A DNA stretch of 64,000 nt from Deltaproteobacteria bacterium. Lineage in GTDB: Bacteria > JADJOY01. The notes under the pieces are model-generated. The model had not been told where the DNA came from. It made no database searches and saw only the letters and a program-made list of their open reading frames with translations. The stretch is taken from assembly GCA_016713535.1 (NCBI GenBank), contig JADJOY010000027.1, forward strand, positions 141,026 through 205,025. Reading direction: 5' to 3'. A program made the translations under genes and the position numbers. Of this stretch, positions 50,201 through 57,997 are shown one piece after another. Numbering within the stretch: position 1 is the first letter of the stretch; each line of letters opens with the position of its first letter.

Positions 50201-50296
50201 GGCCTCCTGTCCTCCACCTTTCTCAACATGATCCTGTTGCCGGTCTTGTACGCGCGCTTCGCCACCGCTCAGCCCGCACCCGCGGCGCAGGCCTGA
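47201..50296 (+). CDS. CusA/CzcA-family heavy-metal efflux RND transporter
   Basis: 1031 aa starting at MDRVILWSIQNRLFVVVAALALTVYG (ATG at 47201, 2 nt after the adaptor stop), with full-length HME-RND architecture. The upstream 528 aa of the listed 1559-aa ORF are an out-of-frame overlap with the adaptor gene. Confidence 0.92.
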   Translation: MDRVILWSIQNRLFVVVAALALTVYGAITASRMPVDVFPDLTAPTVTVVTEAHGLAPQEVETLVTFPIESAVNGATSVRRVRSASGIGISVVWVEFDWGTDIYVGRQIVNEKLQVVASQIPPDIPPPTLAPISSIMGEIQFIAVTSERHDPLALRETADWVIRKRLLAIPGVAQVVPIGGEVKQFQVVVQPEQLARFALSLADVMAALEGASQNATGGFLVRGSQEQLIRAVGRATSMRDLERTVVAVRDGVPILVEHLARVEVGAGLKRGTGSANAKPAVVMAILKQPAVNTLALSEAIEREVAAMSSRLPDGMRIDTELFRQADFITTAVENVGEALRDGAILVAIILFLFLFNVRATLISLAALPLSLLAAALALKALGVTINTMTLGGLTIAIGALVDDAIIDVENIVRRMREARSRGGDETGGALRVIYEASREVRASIVFATVIVMLVFVPVFFLGGVEGRMLVPLGFAYLVAIFASLVVALTVTPALCAYLLPGARSLDHPESGLVRFLKRLYRPSLGIALARPWLVIGPSAALLAASVAVVPFLGTTFLPEFNEGALTISAVTLPGTSLETSDRLGRRVEEILLTHPEVVATDRRTGRAELDEHAQDVNASEIDVRLRRTDRPHHEFLSALRADLSAVPGVVITLGQPISHRIDHMLSGTRASIAVKLFGPDLAQLRSTAEQVRGVMAKVDGAVDVSVEQQVDLPQLAVVFDRDRMARYGLRAGDLAELVEAAYAGHTVTQVIEQERTYDVVVRYPASTRADLGSIATTLVDTPVGAKIPLEMIADVRPDVGPNLISRENAQRKLVVMANVSGRDLGGVIADIQAGVARDVSLPPGYHIVYGGQFESQQEATRTLVLLGAFVVAAIFLLLYLAFRSARSAALVMVNLPLALIGGVMAVALTGGVLSIGSLVGFITLFGIATRNGILMISHYDHLREHEGASFDEAIRRGSEERLSPVLMTALCAGLALIPLVVAGGEPGNEIQAPMGVVILGGLLSSTFLNMILLPVLYARFATAQPAPAAQA

Positions 50297-50304
50297 GCGC
50301 GCTC

Positions 50305-50370
50305 GCGGGGGGACGGAGCCCCCCGCGCTACGAAAACCATCGTAGCGACGGGGGTTCCATCCCCCGTCGC
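50305..50370 (+). repeat. REP-A copy (best-preserved)
   Basis: GGGGGGACGGAGCCCCCCGCGCTACGAAAACCATCGTAGCGACGGGGGTTCCATCCCCCGTCGCC forms three consecutive hairpins and lies between convergent genes. Confidence 0.9.
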
Positions 50371-50495
50371 CTGGGCCGGCGCGAGCCGACTCAGGGGTGG
50401 GACCCGCCGGGATTCACTCCCGGCGGGCGGGAGGCTGGAACAGCCCCTCGAAAAACTCCGCCGACTGCTGGGTGAAGACTCGCCTTCGCGAGTGT

Positions 50496-51548
50496 TCACC
50501 CAGCCGTCGCACCGCCGCACGACGAGCCGGCGCCGGCGGTGCAGCCGAAGCAATGCCGCCCCACCACGATGCGCCGCCCGGCGAGCACCGCCGCGTCGAA
50601 GTCGCGGACGTGGCGCGGCGCGTGCGCCGCGACCTCGAGATCGAGCATCTGGTTGAAGTCGCAGTCGTGGAGCCGCCCGTCCCAGCCCACGGAGACCAAC
50701 GTCCGGCACATCACGCCGCGCGCCGCGAGCGGGTTGAACGCCTGCACCAGCCGCTCCATGTAGCCCTCGAGGTTGGTCGAGTCGACGAGCCACTCGAGGA
50801 AGCGGCTGATGGGCATGTTGGTGATCGTGTAGAGGGCGTCGAAGCGCACGCCGTGGAGTCGCTCGAGCTCGCGCTTCCACTCGCTCTCGAGGGAGCGCTG
50901 CGCGCCCGGCAGGAAGGCACCCACCGGGTTGGTGACCAGCACCAGCCTCCGCGCCGGATCGCCTTCCCCGTAGCCCGCCTCGTTGAGCCGGCGTAGCCCC
51001 TCGATCGAGCGCTCGTAGACGCCGTCGCCGCGCTGGCGGTCGGTGCTGACGGCGCGATAGTGGGGCAGCGAGCACACCACCTCGACGCGATGCCGGGCGA
51101 GGAACTCGGGCAGGTCGCGCTGCGAGGGCAGCGCGAGCACCGTGAGGTTGCAGCGATCCATCACGTGCCGCCCGAGGGCGGTGACGCGCTCCACGAGCCA
51201 GCGGAAGTGGGGGTGAAGCTCGGGCGCGCCGCCGGTGATGTCGACGGTCGCGATGTCGCTCGCCGCGAGCGCCGCGAGACAGAGCTCCATCGTGTCGCGG
51301 CTCATGCTCTCGTCGCGGTCCGGGCCCGCGTCGACGTGGCAGTGCCGGCAGGTCTGGTTGCAGAGCTTGCCGACGTTGAGCTGCAGGACCTCGATCGACG
51401 AGGCGCGAAGCGGCCACAGGCCCGCGCTCGCGAGCGCCTCCTCGAAGGGTGCGACCCGCGTCAGGGCGTCGAGTGTCTCGCGCTGCCGTCTCGGCAACGC
51501 GAGCGGCGCGCGACGCGCGAGGAGCGAGGGCGGGGTGCTGGTGCTCAC
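50496..51548 (-). CDS. arsS: radical SAM protein, arsenosugar-biosynthesis ArsS type
   Basis: The radical SAM cluster motif is CNQTCRHC. The C-terminal Cys-rich tail is CFGCTAGAGSSCGG. Overall similarity to the TIGR04167-type family is from memory. A GTG start at 51548 (VSTSTPPSLL) is preferred to the longer ORF. Confidence 0.75.
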   Translation of the reverse strand: MSTSTPPSLLARRAPLALPRRQRETLDALTRVAPFEEALASAGLWPLRASSIEVLQLNVGKLCNQTCRHCHVDAGPDRDESMSRDTMELCLAALAASDIATVDITGGAPELHPHFRWLVERVTALGRHVMDRCNLTVLALPSQRDLPEFLARHRVEVVCSLPHYRAVSTDRQRGDGVYERSIEGLRRLNEAGYGEGDPARRLVLVTNPVGAFLPGAQRSLESEWKRELERLHGVRFDALYTITNMPISRFLEWLVDSTNLEGYMERLVQAFNPLAARGVMCRTLVSVGWDGRLHDCDFNQMLDLEVAAHAPRHVRDFDAAVLAGRRIVVGRHCFGCTAGAGSSCGGATAG

Positions 51549-51571
51549 GGCGGGCTCGCGGTGCGGACGAC

Positions 51572-51913
51572 TCACATGCCGAGCTTGGTGGCGTGGTTTC
51601 GCATCTGCACGCCGTGCACGAGGCTCGCGCCGCCGCGGATCGCCGCCGACACGTGCACCGCCTCGGTCATCTGGTCGAGGTCGGCGCCCTTCTCGAGCGC
51701 GTCCTTGCTGTAGGCGTCGATGCAATACGGGCACTGCACCGCGTGCGCGACGGCGAGCGCGATGAGCGACTTCTCGCGCGCGCTGAGCGCGCCGTCCTCG
51801 AACACCGCGCCGTACCACGCGAAGAACTTCTTCGCGAGCTCGGGCGCGTTCTGGCCGATCTCACCGAACTTCCCGAGGTCGTGGGCGTGGTAGTAGTGGT
51901 CGGACACGAGCAT
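51572..51913 (-). CDS. AhpD/carboxymuconolactone-decarboxylase-like protein (arsenosugar-associated peroxidase-like type)
   Basis: MLVSDHYYHAHDLGKFGEIGQNAPELAKKFFAWYGAVFEDGALSAREKSLIALAVAHAVQCPYCIDAYS... carries the CxxC motif of the AhpD fold. It lies directly upstream of arsS. Confidence 0.75.
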   Translation of the reverse strand: MLVSDHYYHAHDLGKFGEIGQNAPELAKKFFAWYGAVFEDGALSAREKSLIALAVAHAVQCPYCIDAYSKDALEKGADLDQMTEAVHVSAAIRGGASLVHGVQMRNHATKLGM

Positions 51914-52113
51914 CCTCCGGCGCGGCATCGGGGCCGCGCGCGCGGGAGAGTATCCGACGCACGCCACGGTGCGATCGAACCAGGCCGTCGCTGGCCGCAG
52001 GTGACCGGTCGGTTGAGCGGCGCCGACACCATCGACCATCCTGACCCGGGGCCTCGCCGGCCCCACGCATTCACGAATGGCCGCCACCGGATCTCGATTC
52101 CACCCGCTGCTGG

Positions 52114-52194
52114 TGGGGGCACACAGGCCCCCGCCCTACGCAACCGACACGGCGGTCCGCGATCGTAGCGACGGGGGCTCCATCCCCCGTCGCC
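52114..52194 (+). repeat. REP-A copy (5' half degenerate)
   Basis: ...GGGGGCACACAGGCCCCCGCCCTACGCAACC...GATCGTAGCGACGGGGGCTCCATCCCCCGTCGCC. Confidence 0.75.
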
Positions 52195-52269
52195 AACCGT
52201 ACCCGAGGCGAGATCGCCGCGAGCGTAGGGTGGCGGCGTGACCAACGCGGGCGAGGAGGCAAACGGCGC

Positions 52270-53676
52270 ATGACGACACGCATCGGATTCCACGGCGGCG
52301 CGGGCACCGTGACGGGCTCGCGCTACCTGATCGAGGCCGGCGGCGCGCGCTGCCTCCTCGACGCCGGACTCTTCCAGGGCCTCAAGGAGCTGCGCCTCCT
52401 CAACTGGGAGCGGCCGACCTTCGACCCCGCCGCCGTGGACGCGCTGCTGCTCACCCACGCTCACATCGACCACTCGGGCTACCTGCCGAAGCTGATGCGC
52501 GACGGCTACCGCGGCCCGATCCACTGCACCACCGCCACCGCCGAGCTCGCCGAGCTCATGCTCAGGGACGCCGCGCGCCTCCAGGAAGAGGACGCCGAGT
52601 TCGCGAACCGGCGCGGCTTCTCGAAGCACAAGCCCGCGCTGCCGCTCTACACCACCGAGGACGCCGAGGCCGCGCTGCGGCGGCTGCGGCCGATCGACTA
52701 CGGCGAATGGATCCACCTCGGCGAGGGCTTTCGCGCGCGCTTCGCCAACGCCGGCCACATCCTCGGCTCGGCGCACGTCGAGATCGAGGTGCCGGGGGAG
52801 GGCCGCACGCTCAGGGTGGTGTTCAGCGGCGATCTCGGCCGCTACGACGCGCCGCTCCACCCCGACCCCACGCCGCGCCCGCCGTGCGACGTGCTGGTGG
52901 TCGAGTCGACCTACGGCGATCGCCAGCACGACCCCACCCCGCCGATCGACCAGCTCGCCAAGGCGTTCAGCCAGGCGTGCACCCGCGGCGGCACGATCCT
53001 GATCCCGTCGTTCGCCGTGGGCCGCGCGCAGATCGTGACCTTGCTGCTCGGCGACGCCATGCGCGAGGGGCGCCTCCCGCGCGTCCCGATCCACATCGAC
53101 AGCCCCATGGCGGTGGACGCGACGCGCATCTACGCCCGCCACGTCGGAGACGAGAACCTCGACCCCGACATCCTGGTGGGGGGCGGTAGCCGACTCTTCC
53201 CCGAGGGGCTGCACTTCCACCGTAGCGTCGAGGAGTCGAAGCGGCTCAACGCGCTCCCGGGCCCGCGCGTCATCATCTCGGCGAGCGGCATGCTGAGCGG
53301 CGGACGCGTGGTGCACCACCTCCACCACCTCCTCGGCGACGAGCGCAACCTCGTGGTGCTGGTCGGCTACCAGGCGGCCGGCACGCGCGGACGCGCGCTC
53401 CTCGAGGGCCATCGCACGATCCGCATGCACGGCGAGGACGTGCCGGTGCGCGCGCGCTTGCTCTCGATGACCGGGCTCTCGGCGCACGCCGACGCCGACG
53501 AGCTGGTGCGCTGGGTGCGCGCCGGCGGCGCGGCGCCACCCAACGTGTTCGTGACCCACGGCGAGCCGGCCGCGTCGCAGGCGCTCGCGGCGCGCCTCGA
53601 GCGCGAGCTCGGCGTCACCGCTCACTTGCCCCGCCTCCACGAGACCTACGACCTCGCCACGATGAGCCGCACATGA
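52270..53676 (+). CDS. MBL-fold beta-CASP family hydrolase (RNA-metabolising nuclease type)
   Basis: HAHIDHSG motif, beta-CASP motifs (ESTYGDR ... SAHAD ... VTHGE), 468 aa. Confidence 0.88.
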   Translation: MTTRIGFHGGAGTVTGSRYLIEAGGARCLLDAGLFQGLKELRLLNWERPTFDPAAVDALLLTHAHIDHSGYLPKLMRDGYRGPIHCTTATAELAELMLRDAARLQEEDAEFANRRGFSKHKPALPLYTTEDAEAALRRLRPIDYGEWIHLGEGFRARFANAGHILGSAHVEIEVPGEGRTLRVVFSGDLGRYDAPLHPDPTPRPPCDVLVVESTYGDRQHDPTPPIDQLAKAFSQACTRGGTILIPSFAVGRAQIVTLLLGDAMREGRLPRVPIHIDSPMAVDATRIYARHVGDENLDPDILVGGGSRLFPEGLHFHRSVEESKRLNALPGPRVIISASGMLSGGRVVHHLHHLLGDERNLVVLVGYQAAGTRGRALLEGHRTIRMHGEDVPVRARLLSMTGLSAHADADELVRWVRAGGAAPPNVFVTHGEPAASQALAARLERELGVTAHLPRLHETYDLATMSRT

Positions 53677-54890
53677 CGACCGCCCGCAGACGCGCGCCCC
53701 GCCCCGCCCCGCCGACCCGATCCCGCTCGACCGGCGCGCCCACCCGCGCACAGCTCGCCAAGGCGCGCGCCGCCGGGAAGAAACGCTCGCAGGGCGCGCG
53801 CCCCAAGGCTCCCGGGACTCTGCAGAAGGTCTCGCCGCGCGAGAGCGAGCTCGAGCGCAGACCCAACGGCAAGCCGAGTGCGCCCGCCACGGCGGGCCGC
53901 AACGGGGCCGGCAACCACCGCCGCAACTCGAACCACGCCCACGGCGCCGCGGCCAAGGACCCGGAGGAGAAGCCACGCGTGGTGATCGCGCGCAGCGCGC
54001 CGCTGCCGGTGCAGATCCCCAAGCCGCTCGAGGACGAGCCCGAGGCGGACGAGCGCATCGCGCGCATCATGGCGAGCCCGAGCTACCGGCGTGCCGACCA
54101 GGACCCGGACTTCATGGACCTCGACGAGCTGCGCGGCGAGCGCCTCGAGCTCGAGTACCTGAAGGCCGAGATCGAGCTGCGCCGCCAGGACATCCGCTCG
54201 ACCATCGTGGTGTTCGGCAGCACGCGCCTGGTCGAGCCCGCCGCCGCGCGCCGCAAGCTCGAGGCTGCGCGCCGCGACCTCGATCGCAACCCCAAGGACC
54301 CCGTGTGCCAGCGCCGCGTCTCGGTGGCCGAGCGCGTCGTGCACCTGAGCCGCTACTACGTCGAGGCGCGCGAGCTCGGAAGGATCGTGAGCCGGGTGTG
54401 CCAGCAGGGTGGGCCGTACCAGTTCGTGGTCATGACCGGCGGCGGCCCGGGGATCATGGAGGCCGCCAACCGCGGCGCCTTCGACGTCGGCGCCAAGACC
54501 GTCGGGCTCAACATCATCCTGCCCCACGAGCAGTACCCGAACCCGTACATCACGCCGGACCTGTGCTTCCAGTACCGCTACTTCGCGCTGCGCAAGATGC
54601 ACTTCATGATGCGGGCGCGGGCGCTGGTGGCGTTCCCGGGCGGCTACGGCACCTTCGACGAGGTCTTCGATGCGCTGTGCCTGATCCAGACCCAGAAGAT
54701 CCCGCCGCTGCCCGTGGTGCTGGTGGGGCGCGAGTTCTGGCGCAAGGCGTTCGACGCCGAGTTCCTGGCCAGCGAGGGCGTCATCGACCCAGAGGACATG
54801 CACCTCTTCCGCTACGCCGAGACCGGCCAGGAAGCGTGGGAGCACATCGTCGAGTTCTGGCGCGGCTTCGGCGAGCACGTGATCCCGTAG
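53673..54890 (+). CDS. LOG/TIGR00730-family Rossmann protein with long basic N-terminal extension
   Basis: The ATG overlaps the upstream stop (ATGA). The LOG motifs are GGGPGIMEAANRGA and PGGYGTFDEVFDAL. The first ~130 aa are Arg/Ala/Pro/Lys-rich and low in complexity. Confidence 0.85.
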   Translation: MTTARRRAPRPAPPTRSRSTGAPTRAQLAKARAAGKKRSQGARPKAPGTLQKVSPRESELERRPNGKPSAPATAGRNGAGNHRRNSNHAHGAAAKDPEEKPRVVIARSAPLPVQIPKPLEDEPEADERIARIMASPSYRRADQDPDFMDLDELRGERLELEYLKAEIELRRQDIRSTIVVFGSTRLVEPAAARRKLEAARRDLDRNPKDPVCQRRVSVAERVVHLSRYYVEARELGRIVSRVCQQGGPYQFVVMTGGGPGIMEAANRGAFDVGAKTVGLNIILPHEQYPNPYITPDLCFQYRYFALRKMHFMMRARALVAFPGGYGTFDEVFDALCLIQTQKIPPLPVVLVGREFWRKAFDAEFLASEGVIDPEDMHLFRYAETGQEAWEHIVEFWRGFGEHVIP

Positions 54891-54904
54891 CTGCGGGGGT
54901 GTGG

Positions 54905-55170
54905 ACGCCCACGCCCCGGCCCGCCGGAGGCGGGCCCTCCAGACCGGGTGCGGATCGCGGCGACGCCTGGACGTACGGCGATCGAAGTCGCGGCGGTGGG
55001 ACGGTCTACGCGGACGACGTTGCTGGAGCGCGGCCGCTCCGTCGGCCGTCGGCGACCGTCTGGGTGTGTAGGGGACGGCGTGAGCCCTCCCGCTGCCGGC
55101 GCCCCGGCCCGCCGGAGGCGGGCCCTCCAGACCGGGGTGGGCGGCTGGAGCGCGGCCGCTCCGGCGGCGC
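54905..55170. repeat. hairpin-repeat cluster
   Basis: CCCCGGCCCGCCGGAGGCGGGCCCTCCAGACCGG occurs at about 54917 and 55103. CTGGAGCGCGGCCGCTCCG occurs at about 55022 and 55145; the same module recurs at about 58262. Confidence 0.85.
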
Positions 55171-55177
55171 CGCGATA

Positions 55178-55236
55178 CCACAATTTGTGGCAGAAACTGC
55201 CACAATCTGCCAGCAAAAAATCCCACATTTTGCCAG
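55178..55236 (+). promoter_or_regulatory. three phased direct repeats (CCACAATnTG..CCAG) in an unusually A/T-rich stretch upstream of the ECF sigma gene
   Basis: CCACAATTTGTGGCAG (55178), CCACAATCTGCCAG (55200) and CCCACATTTTGCCAG (55222). The spacing is 22-23 bp, about two helical turns. The function is unknown. Confidence 0.3.
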
Positions 55237-55437
55237 TTTTTTCGGTCGCGCCCCCGCGAAAATCGCGCCGTTTTCGGCCCGAAATGCCCCCCTGGGGCCG
55301 CTCCAGGGCCCGTCGGGGCGGATGCGGCGCACTCCGGGCCGCGCGACGGCTCGCCGCCGCCCGTGAAATAAAGTCGGCGCGGCGCGCGTAGTGCCGGTTG
55401 AGGACGCGCGGCTCCTCGGCCGGTCCGGACGGCGTGA

Positions 55438-56013
55438 ATGACCCACTCTTCCCCCGACGCTCTCGACGAGCGCGACCTGGCGCGGCGAGCCGCGCTCGGG
55501 GAGGAGGCGGCGTTCGCCGAGATCGTGCGCCGGCATCAGGGCGCCGTGTACCGGCTGTGCCTGCGCTTCCTCGGCCCCGCCGACGCCGAGGATGCAGCAC
55601 AGGAAGCGTTCGTGAAGGCGTTCACCCACCGCGGCCAGCTCGACCCCGAGCGGCCGGTGCTGCCGTGGCTGCTCACCGTGGCGCGGAACCTCGCGATCGA
55701 TCGGGTGCGGCGGCACCAGTCCTCGCCGACCGAGCCGGCGGTCGAGGACGCCGACGCCCACGCCGACACCCGGGCGCCGAGCGCCGAGCACGCCGCGATC
55801 AGCGCGCAGCGCGCAGCGCGGCTCCGCCGCGAGCTGGCCGAGCTCCCCGACGGGCAGCGCGAGGCGGTGATGCTCTTCCACGTCGAGGGGCTCGCCTACA
55901 AGGACATCGCGACGGCGCTCGAGGTGCCGGTCGGCACGGTGATGACGTGGCTGCACCGCGCCCGCGGCCGGCTGCGCAAGGCGCTGGAATCCGCTGAGGA
56001 GCTCGCCCCATGA
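55438..56013 (+). CDS. ECF (group IV sigma-70) RNA polymerase sigma factor
   Basis: Region 2 (FAEIVRRHQGAVYRLCLRFLG...AEDAAQEAFVKAF) and region 4 (LPDGQREAVMLFHVEGLAYKDIATALEVPVGTVMTWLHRAR) are present. Confidence 0.9.
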   Translation: MTHSSPDALDERDLARRAALGEEAAFAEIVRRHQGAVYRLCLRFLGPADAEDAAQEAFVKAFTHRGQLDPERPVLPWLLTVARNLAIDRVRRHQSSPTEPAVEDADAHADTRAPSAEHAAISAQRAARLRRELAELPDGQREAVMLFHVEGLAYKDIATALEVPVGTVMTWLHRARGRLRKALESAEELAP

Positions 56014-56555
56014 GCCACCTGACCGACGATCGCCTGTTCGAGCTCGGTGTCGATCCCGACGCCCCCGCCAGCGCAGCCGAGCGCGCCCACCTCGAGGCGT
56101 GCCCCACCTGCGCGGCGCGGCTCGCCGCCGAGCGCGAGCTGACCCTGGCCCTCACCGCCGACGCGTGGCGGATCGAGCCGCCTGCCGACTTCGTGGCCCG
56201 CACCAGCGCGCGCTTCCAGGCGGCGCGCGCCGAGCTGGCGGTCGCGCCGACGGCTGCAGCCGCGAAGCGCTCGCTGCGGCCGCTCTCGTGGGCGCTGGCC
56301 GCGAGCGCGGCGTTCGCCGTCGCGGCGGTCGGGCTGCTCGCCGCCAACCTGGGCGAGATCGTCCCCCACCTGGTGATCCTCGCCAAGGACGTGATGGTGG
56401 TGGTGGCGGCGCTGGCGCTCGCCGCGAGCAAGGTGCCGCTCGGCCCGCTCTTCGTGGCCGCGTCGGCGGCGACCGTGCTGCTCGCGTGGAGCATGGCGAT
56501 GAGCCGGCTCGTGAATCTCTCCGACCGTGAAATAAATCAGCCCGCTGCCGCGTAG
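56010..56555 (+). CDS. anti-sigma factor (zf-HC2-like) with TM segments
   Basis: It overlaps the sigma stop by 4 nt. The HLEACPTCAARL motif is present and hydrophobic segments lie in the C-terminal half. Confidence 0.75.
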   Translation: MSHLTDDRLFELGVDPDAPASAAERAHLEACPTCAARLAAERELTLALTADAWRIEPPADFVARTSARFQAARAELAVAPTAAAAKRSLRPLSWALAASAAFAVAAVGLLAANLGEIVPHLVILAKDVMVVVAALALAASKVPLGPLFVAASAATVLLAWSMAMSRLVNLSDREINQPAAA

Positions 56556-56583
56556 TCCGAGCAGTGGAGATCGGTGGTCAAGA

Positions 56584-57997
56584 ATGAATAGGCGACGAAT
56601 GATTCCCCTCCGGCTGGTGGCGGCGAGCGCCGCTTGGGTGGCGCTCGCGGGCGCGGCGCCGGGCCAGGCACAGACGCCGCCCGCGGCTCCGGCCGCGCCA
56701 GCCGCTCCCGCGGCGCCGAGCTCGCCCGCGCAGCCGAGCGCCGCGCCGCGCGTGACCCTCGACATGCCCGACGCCTCGGTGCGCGAGGTCCTCGACGCGA
56801 TCGCCGAGCAGACTGGTCTCTCGCTCGTGCTGACCAACCCGGAGATCGCGGACGAGCACCAGGTCGCCCTCAAGGTGAAGGACATGCCGATCGACGACTT
56901 GCTGCCGACGCTGGCGGACCAGGCCGGGCTGACGATCGAGCACCGCGGCAACGCACTGTTCGTGAGCGGCGGCGCGCCGTCCAGGCACCGCAGCCCGGCA
57001 CCGCGTCACGACCAAGGTCGAGCACGCGCCCGGCCCCGAGCGCAGCTTCAAGATCACCATCGGCGACGACGGGAAGACCGACGCCAAGGGCGACATCCAC
57101 ATCGACATCGACCCCGACGAGCGCACGTCGATGGGCACGGACGGGCTCGTCGACGTGGGGCAGTCGGTGGCCGGGGCCACCGCGATCGGCGGCTCGCTCA
57201 CGATCAAGGGCCACGTCGACGGTGACGCGGTCGCGGTCGGCGGCTGGGTGACGCTCGAGCCGGGCGCCACGGTCGACGGCGACGTCGTCGCGGTGGGCGG
57301 CTCGGTGCGCGCGGCGAGCGGCTCCGTCATCAGCGGCGACGCGGTGTCGGTGGGCGGCATGGTCGAGGCCGACACCGGTGCCGTGATCGAATGCGATCGC
57401 GTCCAGGTCGGCGGGCGGCTCGGCGGTGTGATCCTCGGCGTGATCGGGGTCGCGCACGGCGCACCGCTCGCCTTCCGGCTCGCGATGTGGCTGCTCCGGG
57501 TCTCGCTGTTCGTCGGCGCGGGTGTGCTGCTCGCGACCTACGCGCCGGTCCGCATCGCCAACGTGCGCGGCTTCCTGACCCATCGAACCGGCCGCTCGGC
57601 GCTCGGTGGGCTCGGGCTGGTGGTCGGCATCGCGCCGCTCTGCTTCGTGCTGCTGCTCACGGTGATCGGCATCCCGCTGGTGCCGCTCGCGATCACCGCG
57701 TTCGGGTTCCTCTACCTGGTGGGCGCGACCGCGGTGGCGAGCATCCTCGGCGAGCGGCTGCCGATCCTCGCAGACCGCAAGGGGCCGGTGGTGACGGTGC
57801 TGCTCGGCCTCGCGCTGCTCTCGCTCCTGAATGCAGTGCCTTACCTAGGATCCCTGGCGGTGCTGCTCACCGTGACGGTCGCGGCGGGCGCGGCGCTGCT
57901 CTCGAAGTTCGGCCAGCCGGTGGTGGTGCCGCCGGCCGTGCCCGCTCACATCGAACCCGCGGTGACGCCGTCCCCGAACGAAGGAGAAGTACGATGA
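56584..57997 (+). CDS. secreted/membrane protein: STN-like domain + bactofilin-like beta-helical repeats + polytopic TM region (one or two frame changes between 56960 and 57010)
   Basis: After a signal peptide, LDMPDASVREVLDAIAEQTGLSLVL...LLPTLADQAGLTIEHRGNALFV is STN-like. KITIGDDGKTDAKGDIHIDID follows, then repeated G.V.GD.VAVGG units, then four or more TM helices. The parts lie in different frames but read continuously. Confidence 0.7.

Noticed and set aside
55189-55203. The sigma-54 promoter look-alike TGGCAGAAACTGCCA upstream of the ECF sigma gene
   Set aside because: The GG-to-GC spacing is two nucleotides short of the -24/-12 consensus. It is better described as part of the phased direct repeats or a 6-bp inverted repeat.
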